DNA of 63,790 bases, filler included, from Octopus bimaculoides (lineage: Eukaryota): the NCBI RefSeq assembly GCF_001194135.2. It is 7 parts of 5 records of this genome, joined end to end, with 100 filler letters (N's around TTAATTAATTAA, not from the genome) between each part and the next. Parts side by side here need not be neighbours in the genome. Positions count along the whole stretch, not along the records: positions 62,203 to 63,790 come from NW_026311492.1; 6 more parts are not named here. One strand, written 5' to 3'. The notes under the pieces are model-generated. The model was not told where the DNA came from. It ran no database searches and saw nothing but the letters and a program-made list of their open reading frames with translations. Shown piece by piece: positions 63,756-63,790 of this stretch. The stretch's first letter is position 1; each line of letters opens with the position of its first letter. The position numbers were made by a program, and so were the translations under genes.

Positions 63756-63790
<35 letters not shown>

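Overview
AT-rich, microsatellite- and SINE-saturated eukaryotic draft scaffold with many N gaps. The repeat content looks like an octopus/cephalopod genome (inference, not verified). Most of the window is transposon debris: tRNA-derived SINEs, RTE, CR1/L2, R4/Dong and Penelope-like retroelements, mariner and DD37D Tc1/mariner elements, MITEs and a 91-bp Helitron. Two host-gene fragments missed by the ORF track are readable from splice signals. (1) A + strand gene at about 2.2-4.45 kb has a triplicated PY (PPxY/LPxY) motif exon and a short terminal exon. (2) A - strand gene has a 90-nt ankyrin-repeat exon (29875-29964, TALHWAAKHGKPDVVKLLCGKPGVNVDQKT, Sowah-like) inside a CpG-depleted domain of about 18.5-44 kb. 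The most striking signal is that the Gly and Tyr expected before TALHW appear to be supplied by two separate single-codon microexons, CAG|GGT|GTAAGT at 43331-43333 and CAG|TAT|GTAAGT at 42183-42185. A possible 2-nt exon (43440-43441) lies upstream and a third 3-nt candidate (20144-20146) downstream. All three 3-nt candidates share an ATTTGG motif just upstream of the acceptor. Minimal hammerhead-like motifs with a shared A6U change also occur in a short repeat family. No database search or RNA data were available, so all gene models are sequence-only predictions.
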